In this document: piece by piece, positions 7,942-16,799 of the stretch
How positions within the stretch are numbered: the stretch's first letter is position 1
Layout of the letters: each line of letters starts with the position of its first letter
Assembly: GCA_963768855.1 (NCBI GenBank)
Contig: CAVYJM010000006.1
Coordinates: 320,001 to 384,000, forward strand
Source of the DNA: an uncultured Thermoplasmata archaeon
GTDB lineage: Archaea > Thermoplasmatota > Thermoplasmata > RBG-16-68-12
Direction of reading: 5' to 3'
DNA length: 64,000 bases
Notes under the pieces: generated by a model
The model's database searches: none
What the model was told of the DNA's origin: nothing
The model's input: the letters and a program-made list of their open reading frames with translations, nothing else
Program-made: the position numbers and the translations under genes

Positions 7942-7996
7942 TGCGCGTGCGGGCGCCGCCAATGGGCCTTATACTCGATTCGGCCTACCGTTTTCC

Positions 7997-9208
7997 GTGG
8001 CCGACCTCCATGAGATCGTGCGGGACCATGAGCGCTGGCGCCTGCAGCAGGTCCTGAACCTCCAGCCGTCCGAGAACGTGATGAGCGAGGCGGCCCGGGC
8101 GCTGCTCGCGACCGACTTCGTGCATCGCTACACGTTGCCGTCGCGCTTCGCCCCTGGCCTCGGCGACGCGAAGAACGCGTACCGCGGGACGCGGTTCACG
8201 GACCAGATGGAGACCTTGGGGGAGGGCCTGGCGCGCGAGGTCTTCGGGGTCTCCCACGCCTCGTTGAAGCCGCTCTCGGGCCACCTGGCCGGGTTCCTCA
8301 TGCTCCAAGCATGCACGCACCGGGGGGACCGCATCCTGGTCATCTCCGCGGAGCACGGCGGCTACGATGGCTACATGCCCGGCTTCCTCCCGGACTACCT
8401 GGACCTCAAGGTCGACTTCCTTCCGTTCGACACGAAGACCTGGAACCTCGATCCGAAGAAGGCCGCCGATGCGGTGCTCGAGAAGCGGCCGAAGCTCGTC
8501 CTCGTTGGCGCGAGCCTGATCCTCTTCCCATACAATCTGCGCTGGTTGCGCGGGGCATGCGATGACGTGAACGCCGTCCTGGCGTACGACGCATCCCACG
8601 TCCTCGGGCTGGTCGCGGGCGGCGAGTTCCAACGGCCGTTCCTCGAGGGCGTGGACATCCTGACCGCGAGCACGCACAAGTCCTTCCCCGGTCCGCAGGG
8701 AGGCCTCCTCCTGTCGAACCGCGCGGACCTCTTCGACCGCGCGATGGACACGATCATGTGGCGCACGCAGGACAACGCGCACTGGAACCGGATCGCGGCG
8801 ACCGCCCAGGTCCTCCTCGAGATGAAGGCCTTCGGGAAGCCGTACGCGAAGCAGATCGTGGCGAACAGCCAGGCCCTCGGCCAGCAGCTCGACAAGTGGG
8901 GTCTCCCGATCAAGTTCAAGTCGCTCGGGTTCTCCCAGTCCCACCAGCTCCACGTGGACACCGCCGCTCTGCAGGAGAAGTGGGGCCTCACCCCCTGGGA
9001 GTTCGCGGACCGCCTGGAGAAGAACAACTTGATCGTCGACGCGGTCGGACGGATTGGGACGAACGAGATCACACGGATGGGAGCCACGCAGGAGCACATG
9101 CAGACCGTCGCGGGGCTCATGACCCGCGCCGCCCGCGGCGAGGACGTCCGCAAGGAGGTCGAGGAGATGCGGTCTCAACTGCGCCTCTCGTTCGTCCTCC
9201 CCTCCTAG
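7997..9208 (+). CDS. glyA: Serine hydroxymethyltransferase-like PLP enzyme (divergent)
   Basis: LNLQPSEN, YDASHVLGLVAGG and ASTHKSFPGPQGG motifs; the canonical KYAEG segment is replaced by RYTLP. Confidence 0.78.
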   Translation: MADLHEIVRDHERWRLQQVLNLQPSENVMSEAARALLATDFVHRYTLPSRFAPGLGDAKNAYRGTRFTDQMETLGEGLAREVFGVSHASLKPLSGHLAGFLMLQACTHRGDRILVISAEHGGYDGYMPGFLPDYLDLKVDFLPFDTKTWNLDPKKAADAVLEKRPKLVLVGASLILFPYNLRWLRGACDDVNAVLAYDASHVLGLVAGGEFQRPFLEGVDILTASTHKSFPGPQGGLLLSNRADLFDRAMDTIMWRTQDNAHWNRIAATAQVLLEMKAFGKPYAKQIVANSQALGQQLDKWGLPIKFKSLGFSQSHQLHVDTAALQEKWGLTPWEFADRLEKNNLIVDAVGRIGTNEITRMGATQEHMQTVAGLMTRAARGEDVRKEVEEMRSQLRLSFVLPS

Positions 9209-9227
9209 TCGCCGCAAAAGGCCATAT

Positions 9228-10262
9228 GTGCCCCTCCCGTTACTCGGGCCCGTGGCGAAGGTGGACCGATACCGCCGGCAGACGGTCCTGCCCGAGATCG
9301 GAACCCGGGGTCAGGCCGCCCTGTCCCGCTCGCGCGCTGTCGTGGTGGGCCTGGGGGCCCTGGGGAGCGTCGCGGCGGAGCTCCTGGCCCGCGCGGGCGT
9401 CGGCCACCTGCGGCTCGTCGACCGCGACGTCGTCGAGCTCGTGAACCTCCAGCGCCAGACCCTCTACTCCGAAGCCGACGTGGATCGGCCGAAGGCAGAT
9501 GCCGCCGCGGACCGACTGCGGTCCGTGAACGCCTCGATTGAAATCGAGCCGGTCTCGAAGGATGTCCATGCGGCGACCGTGCTCGCCATCCTGCGCGGTG
9601 TGGACCTCATCGTTGACGGCACGGACAACCTGGAGGCCCGGTACCTGCTGAACGAAGCCGCGCTCGACGCGGGAATCCCCTTCGTGTATGGCGGCGCGAT
9701 CGGCACGTACGGGATGGTGTTCGCGATCCGCTCCCCCGAGACCGCGTGCTTCCGATGCCTGAACCCGAAGATGCCGCCTCCCGGCGCGCTGCCCACGTGC
9801 GAGACGGCGGGCATCCTGAACGCCGTGTCGGCCCAGGTCGGCGCGATCGAGGCAGGCGAGGCGCTGCGCCTCCTGGTTGGCGAGCCGCCGTCGGGAGACC
9901 TCCTCGTCATCGACGGATGGCGGCCGGAGATCCAGCGCGTCCGGGTGGCCCGCAGGGATGACTGCCCCGCCTGCGGGAAAGGAGAGCGGGAGTTCCTCGG
10001 GGCGAAGCGCGCGCAGGTCCTCGTCTCCCTCTGCGGGAGCGACACGGTCTCCCTGGATCCACTCCACCGCGGCGACCTCGACCTCGATGCGCTCGCTCGT
10101 CGCCTTCGGAAGGTCGGCGCAGTCCGCCACGCGGGCCGCGTGCTCGTCGCCGATGTAGAAGGTCATCACCTCACCCTGTTCCCGGACGGCCGGGCGCTGA
10201 TTCGGGGCGTCAAGGACGAGGCCGCCGCACGGGCCGTGTACGCGAAGTACGTGGGGATCTGA
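9228..10262 (+). CDS. ThiF/MoeB-family E1-like adenylyltransferase with C-terminal extra domain
   Basis: RYRRQ, GLGALG, VDRD, DGTDN, CFRC and CPAC Zn pairs, PTCETAG catalytic Cys. Confidence 0.9.
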   Translation: MPLPLLGPVAKVDRYRRQTVLPEIGTRGQAALSRSRAVVVGLGALGSVAAELLARAGVGHLRLVDRDVVELVNLQRQTLYSEADVDRPKADAAADRLRSVNASIEIEPVSKDVHAATVLAILRGVDLIVDGTDNLEARYLLNEAALDAGIPFVYGGAIGTYGMVFAIRSPETACFRCLNPKMPPPGALPTCETAGILNAVSAQVGAIEAGEALRLLVGEPPSGDLLVIDGWRPEIQRVRVARRDDCPACGKGEREFLGAKRAQVLVSLCGSDTVSLDPLHRGDLDLDALARRLRKVGAVRHAGRVLVADVEGHHLTLFPDGRALIRGVKDEAAARAVYAKYVGI

Positions 10263-10263
10263 C

Positions 10264-10935
10264 ATGACGCACAAGGCCGTCCTCCTCCTGAGCGGCGGGT
10301 TCGATAGCCCCGTGGCGGGGCACCTCATGGTCCGCCAGGGATTCGATCTGGTCGCGGCCCACTTCTCGCTCGAGCCCATCACGGACGCTGGTTCGTCCAT
10401 CAAGTCGCGCAAGCTCGTCGAGATCCTCGGCCTCCCGACGCTGTACGTCGTGCGGGTGGGCGAGGCCTTCGCCGAGGTGGCGCACGCCTGCCACCGCCGC
10501 TTCTACTTCGTGCTGACGAAGCGACTCATGGTCCGACTCGCGGACGCGATCGCAGACCGGGAGGGCGCGGACGCCCTCCTCACGGGGGAGAACCTCGGCC
10601 AGGTCTCGAGCCAGACCCTGATGAACCTGCGGGTTATCGATGCGGCCGCCCGCCACCCTGTCCTCCGCCCGCTCATCGGGATGGACAAGCAGGAGATCAT
10701 GGACCGCGCGAAGGCGATCGGGACGTACGACGTCTCCGTGGGTCCGGAGATCTGCGACCTCCTCGGGCCGCCGCGGCCCGCGACCGCGGCCCGGATCGAC
10801 CAGATCCTCGAGGAGGAGACAAAACTGGACATCGACGCCCTCGTCGCCTCCTGCCTGTCGAACGTCCTCCCGGAAAAGTTCAAAGGGGAGCGGCCGGCTG
10901 TGCAGGAGGCACCCACCCGGGAGGCGACCCGTTGA
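10264..10935 (+). CDS. thiI: ThiI-like PP-loop sulfurtransferase lacking the THUMP domain
   Basis: LLSGGFDS PP-loop at residue 7, TGENLGQVSSQTL, VLRPLIGMDKQEI, EIC; only 223 aa. Confidence 0.85.
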   Translation: MTHKAVLLLSGGFDSPVAGHLMVRQGFDLVAAHFSLEPITDAGSSIKSRKLVEILGLPTLYVVRVGEAFAEVAHACHRRFYFVLTKRLMVRLADAIADREGADALLTGENLGQVSSQTLMNLRVIDAAARHPVLRPLIGMDKQEIMDRAKAIGTYDVSVGPEICDLLGPPRPATAARIDQILEEETKLDIDALVASCLSNVLPEKFKGERPAVQEAPTREATR

Positions 10936-11216
10936 CCTACTACCTCATAAAACCCTGTCGAACAGCCACGGCCTTCGTCTCCACCCTGAAGAAGCCCCAG
11001 CGGGTCGATCTGGGCCAGGCCGCCGATCGGCTCCGCGGCGCGGGCTGGAGCGTCAACGACGTCAAGGTCATGCTCATCCTCGAAGGCGAGCCCGAGCTCA
11101 CCCTCTACGAGAGCGGCAAGATCCTCGTCAAGACGAACGATGCGGACCGCGCCCGGGGCGCGATCGACCGCGTGTACGAGGCGATCGGCCTCGCCGCCCC
11201 CGTCGTCCCGGCCTGA
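10932..11216 (+). CDS. Small protein homologous to the C-terminal domain of the upstream E1-like enzyme
   Basis: 4-nt overlap with thiI; VDLGQAADRLRGAG...LTLYESGKILVK...DADRAR aligns with LDLDALARRLRKVG...LTLFPDGRALIR...DEAAAR. Confidence 0.8.
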   Translation: MTYYLIKPCRTATAFVSTLKKPQRVDLGQAADRLRGAGWSVNDVKVMLILEGEPELTLYESGKILVKTNDADRARGAIDRVYEAIGLAAPVVPA

Positions 11217-11277
11217 TCGCGGTACGTGCGGTACCTATTTACCCGCTGGCCGACATGGCCGCATGGGGCCGAGGGGT

Positions 11278-11799
11278 ATGGTGCGAGCGCGGGTCGCGGG
11301 AGTCATTATCCTGGGATTCCTCCTCATCGCCGCCGGTCTGTCCTTCTACATGGCGTCGACCTCCACGGCGACCCTCGCGATCCAGATTCACGATGCGCCT
11401 GCGTCGTGGTCCCATGTGACCGTCACCTTCGCAGAGGTGGCGGTGCATCCCGCGAGCTCCGCGAACGGCACCGGATGGATCCTGCTCAGCCTGGCGGAGA
11501 CCCGGATTGACTTCGAGGCCTTGGGCAGCCTCTCGAAGCTGCTCGCCCAGGACCGCGTCGCGCCGGGGGCCTACGACCAGATCCGGATTGCTGTGAGCTC
11601 CGTGCAAGGGGAGCTCTCGGGCGGCACGCCGTTCCTCCTGACCGTTGCGGACGGGATCGCGAAGACGGTCACGCCGTTTACCCTACCGGGCGGCCGGACG
11701 ACGACGGTCACCCTCGACTTGGACCTCAACCAATCGATTCACCAGGCGAACGGCGTTTGGACCTTCACCCCCGTGCTGGGCCAGATGAGCGTTGGTTGA
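11278..11799 (+). CDS. DUF4382-family exported protein
   Basis: N-terminal TM/signal; LAIQIHDAP...HVTVTF..V.VH; G.Y.QIRI; TLDLDLNQSI...F.PV pattern. Confidence 0.8.
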   Translation: MVRARVAGVIILGFLLIAAGLSFYMASTSTATLAIQIHDAPASWSHVTVTFAEVAVHPASSANGTGWILLSLAETRIDFEALGSLSKLLAQDRVAPGAYDQIRIAVSSVQGELSGGTPFLLTVADGIAKTVTPFTLPGGRTTTVTLDLDLNQSIHQANGVWTFTPVLGQMSVG

Positions 11800-11841
11800 G
11801 TCGAGGCCGACGCGTCACACCGCCGAGCAGGGGCGAGTGGC

Positions 11842-12324
11842 ATGAAACGGGTCCTGGACACGTCCGCACTTCTGACAGGACGGCAGTTCCCCGGAGACCT
11901 GGTGACTGTGCCCGGCGTCCTCCGGGAGCTCGGTCGCCAGGGAATGACGCCGCAGCTCGAGGCGATCCTGGACACGCAGGTTTCCGTCCTCACGCCCGGA
12001 GCGGCCGCCCGCGAACGCGTCCGTGCGGCGAGCGAGGATACCGGGGACGCGCATCGCCTCTCGCCCACGGACCGTGAGCTGCTCGCCCTCGCCCTGGACG
12101 TCGAGGGGACGCTCGTCACGGACGACTACTCGATCCAGAATCTGTGCCGGAAGCTCGGCCTCCCATACGAACCGGTGCTCGCCCCGGGCATCCAGGAGAC
12201 GTGGCAGTGGTCGTACCGGTGCACGGGCTGCGGGCGCACGTGGCCGGACTGGCACGAGGAGTGTCCGACCTGCGGTTCGCCCTTGAAGACCGCCCGCCCG
12301 CGCGTCACACGTGGAAGGCGATGA
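11842..12324 (+). CDS. nob1: Nob1-family PIN endonuclease with Zn ribbon
   Basis: VLDTSA, LSPTD, LVTDDYSIQN PIN motifs; CTGC...CPTCG. Confidence 0.87.
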   Translation: MKRVLDTSALLTGRQFPGDLVTVPGVLRELGRQGMTPQLEAILDTQVSVLTPGAAARERVRAASEDTGDAHRLSPTDRELLALALDVEGTLVTDDYSIQNLCRKLGLPYEPVLAPGIQETWQWSYRCTGCGRTWPDWHEECPTCGSPLKTARPRVTRGRR

Positions 12325-13402
12325 GGAGCACGTCGATGACGAAGAGCAGGACGACGAGCACTTCGAGGGCGAGCATGCGCCGACCCTCCGTCTCGGCCTG
12401 GGCGACCTGGTAGATCTCGCTCAGGTCCTGCATCTTCGCGCCGACCGTGCGCCGCCACGACTCGAGCTCGAACTTCTTCGAGCAGACCCGGTAGACCTTT
12501 CCGAGGAACCAGTCCCCCCACAGCTTGGAGATGTTGTCGACCTGGTAGGTCGCCTCGGACAGGTCCATCCGGATGTCCGCGAGCTCCTTGACCTGGCTCC
12601 CCCCGCTCCGGAAGAAGGAGGACCGGCGGAACAGGTCTTCGACGTCGTCATACGCCTTGTCGATGATCTTATCCAGGTACGCGTCGTAGGTCCGCATCTC
12701 GAGGAGCTGGAGGTTCGCGAGCTCCAAGACCGCAAGCGTGTCCTCGTACGACGCCGTCGGCTCGATCACGAGGGCCGCGTCCCACTCGACGACGACGAGA
12801 TCGTCCTGGTAATAGGAGAGCCAGTTCTTCCAGGTGTCCTCGACCTCCTCGTCGCTGATGTCGTCGGGCCTCGGGTCCGACGCCAGGAGGGCGGTCACCT
12901 CGCGTCGCCAGCCGGTCGTGAACGTCCGGACCGGATGCTCGGACACGGTGACACAGTAGACCGTGTAGGGCTCCGGGTCCACCTTGACGTCGTAGGAATC
13001 GTGCATGTAGGGCACGAGGTCCTCCTGGATGCGCTCCGCGATCCGCGCGCAGTATTCGTCTAGGGTCTCCTCACTGTCGCTCCGCCGGACTCGGATCGTC
13101 CCGAACGGCCGCAGGTCCCGCAGGGTTCCCGCCTCGAACGGAGTGCGCAGGACGACGGACAGCGCCCCGACGCCGTAGAGCTTGACGGCGATCGTGACCG
13201 TGATGGGACCCACGCTCGTGTCGAGATCTCGCTGGTCGACGTACACGAGGAGCGGTTGGCCGAGCCGCGCGTACTTCGGCGCGGCGCGCCCTGGGACGAT
13301 CCGCCCGGACAGGAACGGCATGTCGACGCGGCGCTGGACCTCGTCCAGGTCGATCGCGGCGCCGAGGTCGAAGAGCCGGTAGTAGACGACCTCTCCCTTC
13401 AT
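12305..13402 (-). CDS. RMD1/DUF155-like protein with C-terminal TM helix
   Basis: YYRLFDLG..IDL N-terminus, LELANLQLLE, helical bundle, LEVLVVLLFVIDV TM; family call from memory. Confidence 0.65.
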   Translation of the reverse strand: MKGEVVYYRLFDLGAAIDLDEVQRRVDMPFLSGRIVPGRAAPKYARLGQPLLVYVDQRDLDTSVGPITVTIAVKLYGVGALSVVLRTPFEAGTLRDLRPFGTIRVRRSDSEETLDEYCARIAERIQEDLVPYMHDSYDVKVDPEPYTVYCVTVSEHPVRTFTTGWRREVTALLASDPRPDDISDEEVEDTWKNWLSYYQDDLVVVEWDAALVIEPTASYEDTLAVLELANLQLLEMRTYDAYLDKIIDKAYDDVEDLFRRSSFFRSGGSQVKELADIRMDLSEATYQVDNISKLWGDWFLGKVYRVCSKKFELESWRRTVGAKMQDLSEIYQVAQAETEGRRMLALEVLVVLLFVIDVLLIAFHV

Positions 13403-13448
13403 GGCGGGTCCGGGAGAGGCCGTCCGGTCTTAAGGGATGCGGTCTCCG

Positions 13449-14234
13449 TCAGGCGCCGTACCGCCGGGTCCGCTGCTGGTAGGACCGGATGGCCCGGAGG
13501 AAGTCGATCTTCCGGAATCCGGGCCAGTACACGTCGACGAAGTAGAGCTCCGCGTAGGCGAGCTGCCACAGGAGGAAGTTGGAGATGCGCTCCTCGCCGC
13601 TCGTCCGCAGGACGAGGTCGGGATCCGGGAGGTCCGCGGTGTACAGGCGGCGGGAGAAGAACTTCTCCGTGATGTCCTCGGGACCCACCTTGCCCGCCTG
13701 GGCGTCCCGCACGACGTCGCGGATCGCGGTCAGGATTTCCTCGCGGCCCCCGTACGCGACGGCGAGGTTGAACCGGTACGCGTCGTAGTCCTTCGTGCGG
13801 CCCTCCGCATACTCGATCGCCTCGACGACCTCTTTCGGCAGGAGCTGGCGGTCGCCGAAGACCGTGATCCGGATCTTGTTGGTGTGAACCCGCGGGTCGT
13901 CCCCGACGCGCCGGAAGTTCTCTGCGAAGAGGTGCATGAGGTGCTGGATCTCCTCGGAAGGCCGGTTGATGTTCTCCGTCGAAAAGGCGTACACGGTCAG
14001 GATTCGCACGCCGACCTCGAGGCACCACTCGAGGACCTCCTCGAGCTTGTCGCGACCCTTCGAGTGGCCCTCGAGCGTGTTACCGAGCCCGATCTCCTTG
14101 GCGAAGCGGCGGTTCCCGTCCATGATGATCGCCACATGATGGGGGACCGCGCCTTGCTTCACGGAGTGCAGGAGACGCCTCTCATACGTCTGGTACGCGG
14201 CGTCGCTGACGATCTTGGAGACGTCCACACGCAT
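13449..14234 (-). CDS. uppS: cis-prenyltransferase (polyprenyl diphosphate synthase)
   Basis: HVAIIMDGNRR, YAFSTEN, YGGR, RTSGEERISNFLLWQ, RRYG. Confidence 0.95.
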   Translation of the reverse strand: MRVDVSKIVSDAAYQTYERRLLHSVKQGAVPHHVAIIMDGNRRFAKEIGLGNTLEGHSKGRDKLEEVLEWCLEVGVRILTVYAFSTENINRPSEEIQHLMHLFAENFRRVGDDPRVHTNKIRITVFGDRQLLPKEVVEAIEYAEGRTKDYDAYRFNLAVAYGGREEILTAIRDVVRDAQAGKVGPEDITEKFFSRRLYTADLPDPDLVLRTSGEERISNFLLWQLAYAELYFVDVYWPGFRKIDFLRAIRSYQQRTRRYGA

Positions 14235-14329
14235 GGGTAGCCGCGTTCCATAGATGGGCTTCTATTTAGGTATATCTCGGGTCCACCCCGAGGGCCGGAC
14301 GGACGGTTCCGGTGGGGCGAGCAAGCCGC

Positions 14330-14340
14330 AAACGTTTAAG
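14330..14340 (+). promoter_or_regulatory. BRE/TATA element (AAACGTTTAAG), identical to 15260-15270
   Basis: The same 11-mer precedes the CDIN1-like gene and aIF-1A. Confidence 0.55.
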
Positions 14341-14408
14341 TATCGTGGCCCGGTTGATGCGACAATTCAATTCCTCTCGACTGCGTGTGAATTAGCTTGC
14401 GCTTATCA

Positions 14409-15245
14409 ATGAAACTTCAAGAATATCAGGACCTCTACCAACGGCTCGCAACGCCCGAGGACATCGACTTCCTCGCGGAGAACTTCGGGTATGACAAGGA
14501 GCTGCTCCTTGTCATCTACACCCAGCGGGTCGTCCGGGACACCACGAAGCGGTTTTACCGGGTGAAGGCCCAGGCCCGTCGTCTCGCGTTCGAGTGGCAG
14601 CACGGAGCGAGCCTCGTCAAGATCGCCCGCCAGTTCGAGTTCCCAGCCATCCTCGCGTCGCTCATGATCCTCGAGCAGCGCAAGGTGCAGCGGAAGCAGT
14701 TCTGGAAGATGATCCGAGACCTCGACAGCGTGAGCGACCGGCGGCTCCGCCGCGAGCTCCAGGAGGTCGTCGAGACGGACATCGTCTACTCCCCCGCGGG
14801 CAGCGCCCGGCAGTATGCACGGGGGCGCTGGGGCGAGCTGAAGCTCCAGTCCTGGCTCGATGCGCGCGACCTGAAGTATGAGACGGAGAAGGACCTCCGC
14901 GCGAAGTACGACAAGACGCCGGATATCCTGTTGCACAAACCGCTTGAGATGAATGGCACGAAGAAGTACTGGATTGAGTCCAAGGCCATCTTCGGGGACC
15001 CGTTCGAGGTCCGCCGGCACATCAAGAAGCAGCTGAGTCCGTACAGCGAGCTCTTCGGCGACGGGGCGGTCGTGTACTGGTTCGGCCACGTGGACGACCA
15101 GAAATACGACCTGCCGGAGGGCGTGGACATCCTCGACGGGACGTTCTTCGAGGACCCGCTCGTGCCCTATCCCTACGTGCCCGTCAACCAGACGAAGATT
15201 GACGAGATGGCCGAGGAACCCGCGGCCGCTGACATGGAACCCTAG
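14409..15245 (+). CDS. C15orf41/CDIN1-like (TPD domain) PD-(D/E)XK nuclease
   Basis: G..GE..L, KTPDILL, WIESKAIFGD, QL..Y..LFG.GAVVYWFG match my recollection of C15orf41-family motifs. Confidence 0.8.
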   Translation: MKLQEYQDLYQRLATPEDIDFLAENFGYDKELLLVIYTQRVVRDTTKRFYRVKAQARRLAFEWQHGASLVKIARQFEFPAILASLMILEQRKVQRKQFWKMIRDLDSVSDRRLRRELQEVVETDIVYSPAGSARQYARGRWGELKLQSWLDARDLKYETEKDLRAKYDKTPDILLHKPLEMNGTKKYWIESKAIFGDPFEVRRHIKKQLSPYSELFGDGAVVYWFGHVDDQKYDLPEGVDILDGTFFEDPLVPYPYVPVNQTKIDEMAEEPAAADMEP

Positions 15246-15294
15246 GAAGAATGGGGCGGAAACGTTTAAGCCACCCTGCCTCTTCTTCGCGTCC

Positions 15295-15600
15295 GTGCCT
15301 CAGGAAGAGGTCATTCGCGTCCGCATGCCGCGCCTCAAGGAAGGCGAGGTCCTTGGGATTGCGGACCAGCTCCTCGGGGCATCGCGCATCCGCGTGATGT
15401 GCTCGGACGGGAAGAGCCGGCTCGGCCGCATCCCCGGGAAGCTCAAGAAGCGCATGTGGATCCGCGAGGGCGACCTCCTCGTCGTGAAGGTCTGGCAGTT
15501 CCAGGACGAGAAGTGCGACATCAAGCACCGGTACACGAAGACGGAAGCGTCGTACCTGAGCCGCCGCGGCGTCATTCCGAAGTCGATCAACATCTTCTGA
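15295..15600 (+). CDS. eif1a: Translation initiation factor aIF-1A
   Basis: RIPGKLKKRMWIREGDLLVV, DIKHRY; GTG start 25 nt after TTTAAG (probably leaderless). Confidence 0.93.
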   Translation: MPQEEVIRVRMPRLKEGEVLGIADQLLGASRIRVMCSDGKSRLGRIPGKLKKRMWIREGDLLVVKVWQFQDEKCDIKHRYTKTEASYLSRRGVIPKSINIF

Positions 15601-15617
15601 GATCGTGCCGCTCTGCG

Positions 15618-15920
15618 TCAGCGGACCTCGGGACCCCCGCGCCTTGCAGCCGTCGGTGGCGGTTGCTGGCCTGTGGGGATGCCACGCAGATTCTTCGGCG
15701 CGTTGACCTGGACCACGGTCTGCGAGTTCACCGTGTAGATGGGGTTCCCCGCGCCATCGTATTCCCCATCGAGCCGGAGGACCGCTGTCAGGATCGTACG
15801 CACCTTGAGCGTGCTGCCGTCCGAGAGCTTGTAGGAGGCCCACGGCTCCGCGATGCCGTCGAAGTCCACCTGGGTGCCCTCGACCTCACGTTGGGAAACC
15901 GGCGAAACGACTCGAACCAT
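15618..15920 (-). CDS. Conserved-looking hypothetical beta-rich protein (100 aa)
   Basis: EPWASYKLSDGSTLKVR...YDGAGNPIY; normal codon pattern; antisense between eif1a and rio1. Confidence 0.75.
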   Translation of the reverse strand: MVRVVSPVSQREVEGTQVDFDGIAEPWASYKLSDGSTLKVRTILTAVLRLDGEYDGAGNPIYTVNSQTVVQVNAPKNLRGIPTGQQPPPTAARRGGPEVR

Positions 15921-16033
15921 GATGCCCCGATGACCTGGGCGAGAGAAAAGGCCATGGGTTCGGGGCTGAAATGGAGCCCGGAGACAGGCCCCGCAACGTT
16001 CTTAGTCCACGGACCGGTACGATTCGGGCACGC

Positions 16034-16798
16034 ATGATTGACGACCGGCACATGCAGAGGCTCGAGTTTCAGGTCAACGCGCTGCGGACGCGGGAGAAGG
16101 ACTCGGACGCGTTGAAGACCTACGACCAGGTCTTCGACCGCGCCTGCCTCTTGGTCCTCCAGGGACTCATCGGCGACGGAGTGTTCGCGACCCTAGACTA
16201 TCCGGTCAGCACGGGCAAGGAGGCGGTCGTGTTCCATGCCACGACCGCGGACGGGAAAGGGAAGGCCGTCAAGATCTACCGCATCTCGAACTCCACGTTC
16301 AAGACCATCGCCGTGTACATCGACGGCGACCCGCGTTTCAAGCGGGTCAAGAAGGCCACGAAGCCCACGATCTTTGCCTGGGCGCAGAAGGAGTACCAGA
16401 ACCTGGTCCGGATGGGGGATGCCGGGGTCCGGGTTCCCGCGCCCGGACGGGTCGAGGCGAACGTCCTCGTCATGGAGTACATCGGGGACGAGACGACGCC
16501 CGCCCCCCTCCTCCGCAACGCGGTCCTCGAGGATCCTCGCGCCGTGCTGAACGATGTGGTCACCAACCTGCGCGCGATGCGCACCGCGAAGCTCGTCCAC
16601 GCGGATCTCAGTGAGTACAATCTCCTCTTCTGGGACGGCCGGGTCGTCGTGATTGACGTCGGCCAGTCGGTCCCTGTGGACCACCCGAGAGCTGCGGAGT
16701 GGTTCAAGCGTGACCTGGGCAACATCGCCCACTTCTTCCACCGCCTCCGGGTCGACGTGACCCCGGCATCCCTCGAGAAGGAAGTCCTGGGGGGCTGA
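16034..16798 (+). CDS. rio1: RIO1-family atypical kinase/ATPase
   Basis: STGKEAVVF, AVKIY, KEYQNL, LVMEYIG, VHADLSEYN, IDVGQ. Confidence 0.92.
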   Translation: MIDDRHMQRLEFQVNALRTREKDSDALKTYDQVFDRACLLVLQGLIGDGVFATLDYPVSTGKEAVVFHATTADGKGKAVKIYRISNSTFKTIAVYIDGDPRFKRVKKATKPTIFAWAQKEYQNLVRMGDAGVRVPAPGRVEANVLVMEYIGDETTPAPLLRNAVLEDPRAVLNDVVTNLRAMRTAKLVHADLSEYNLLFWDGRVVVIDVGQSVPVDHPRAAEWFKRDLGNIAHFFHRLRVDVTPASLEKEVLGG

Positions 16799-16799
16799 G

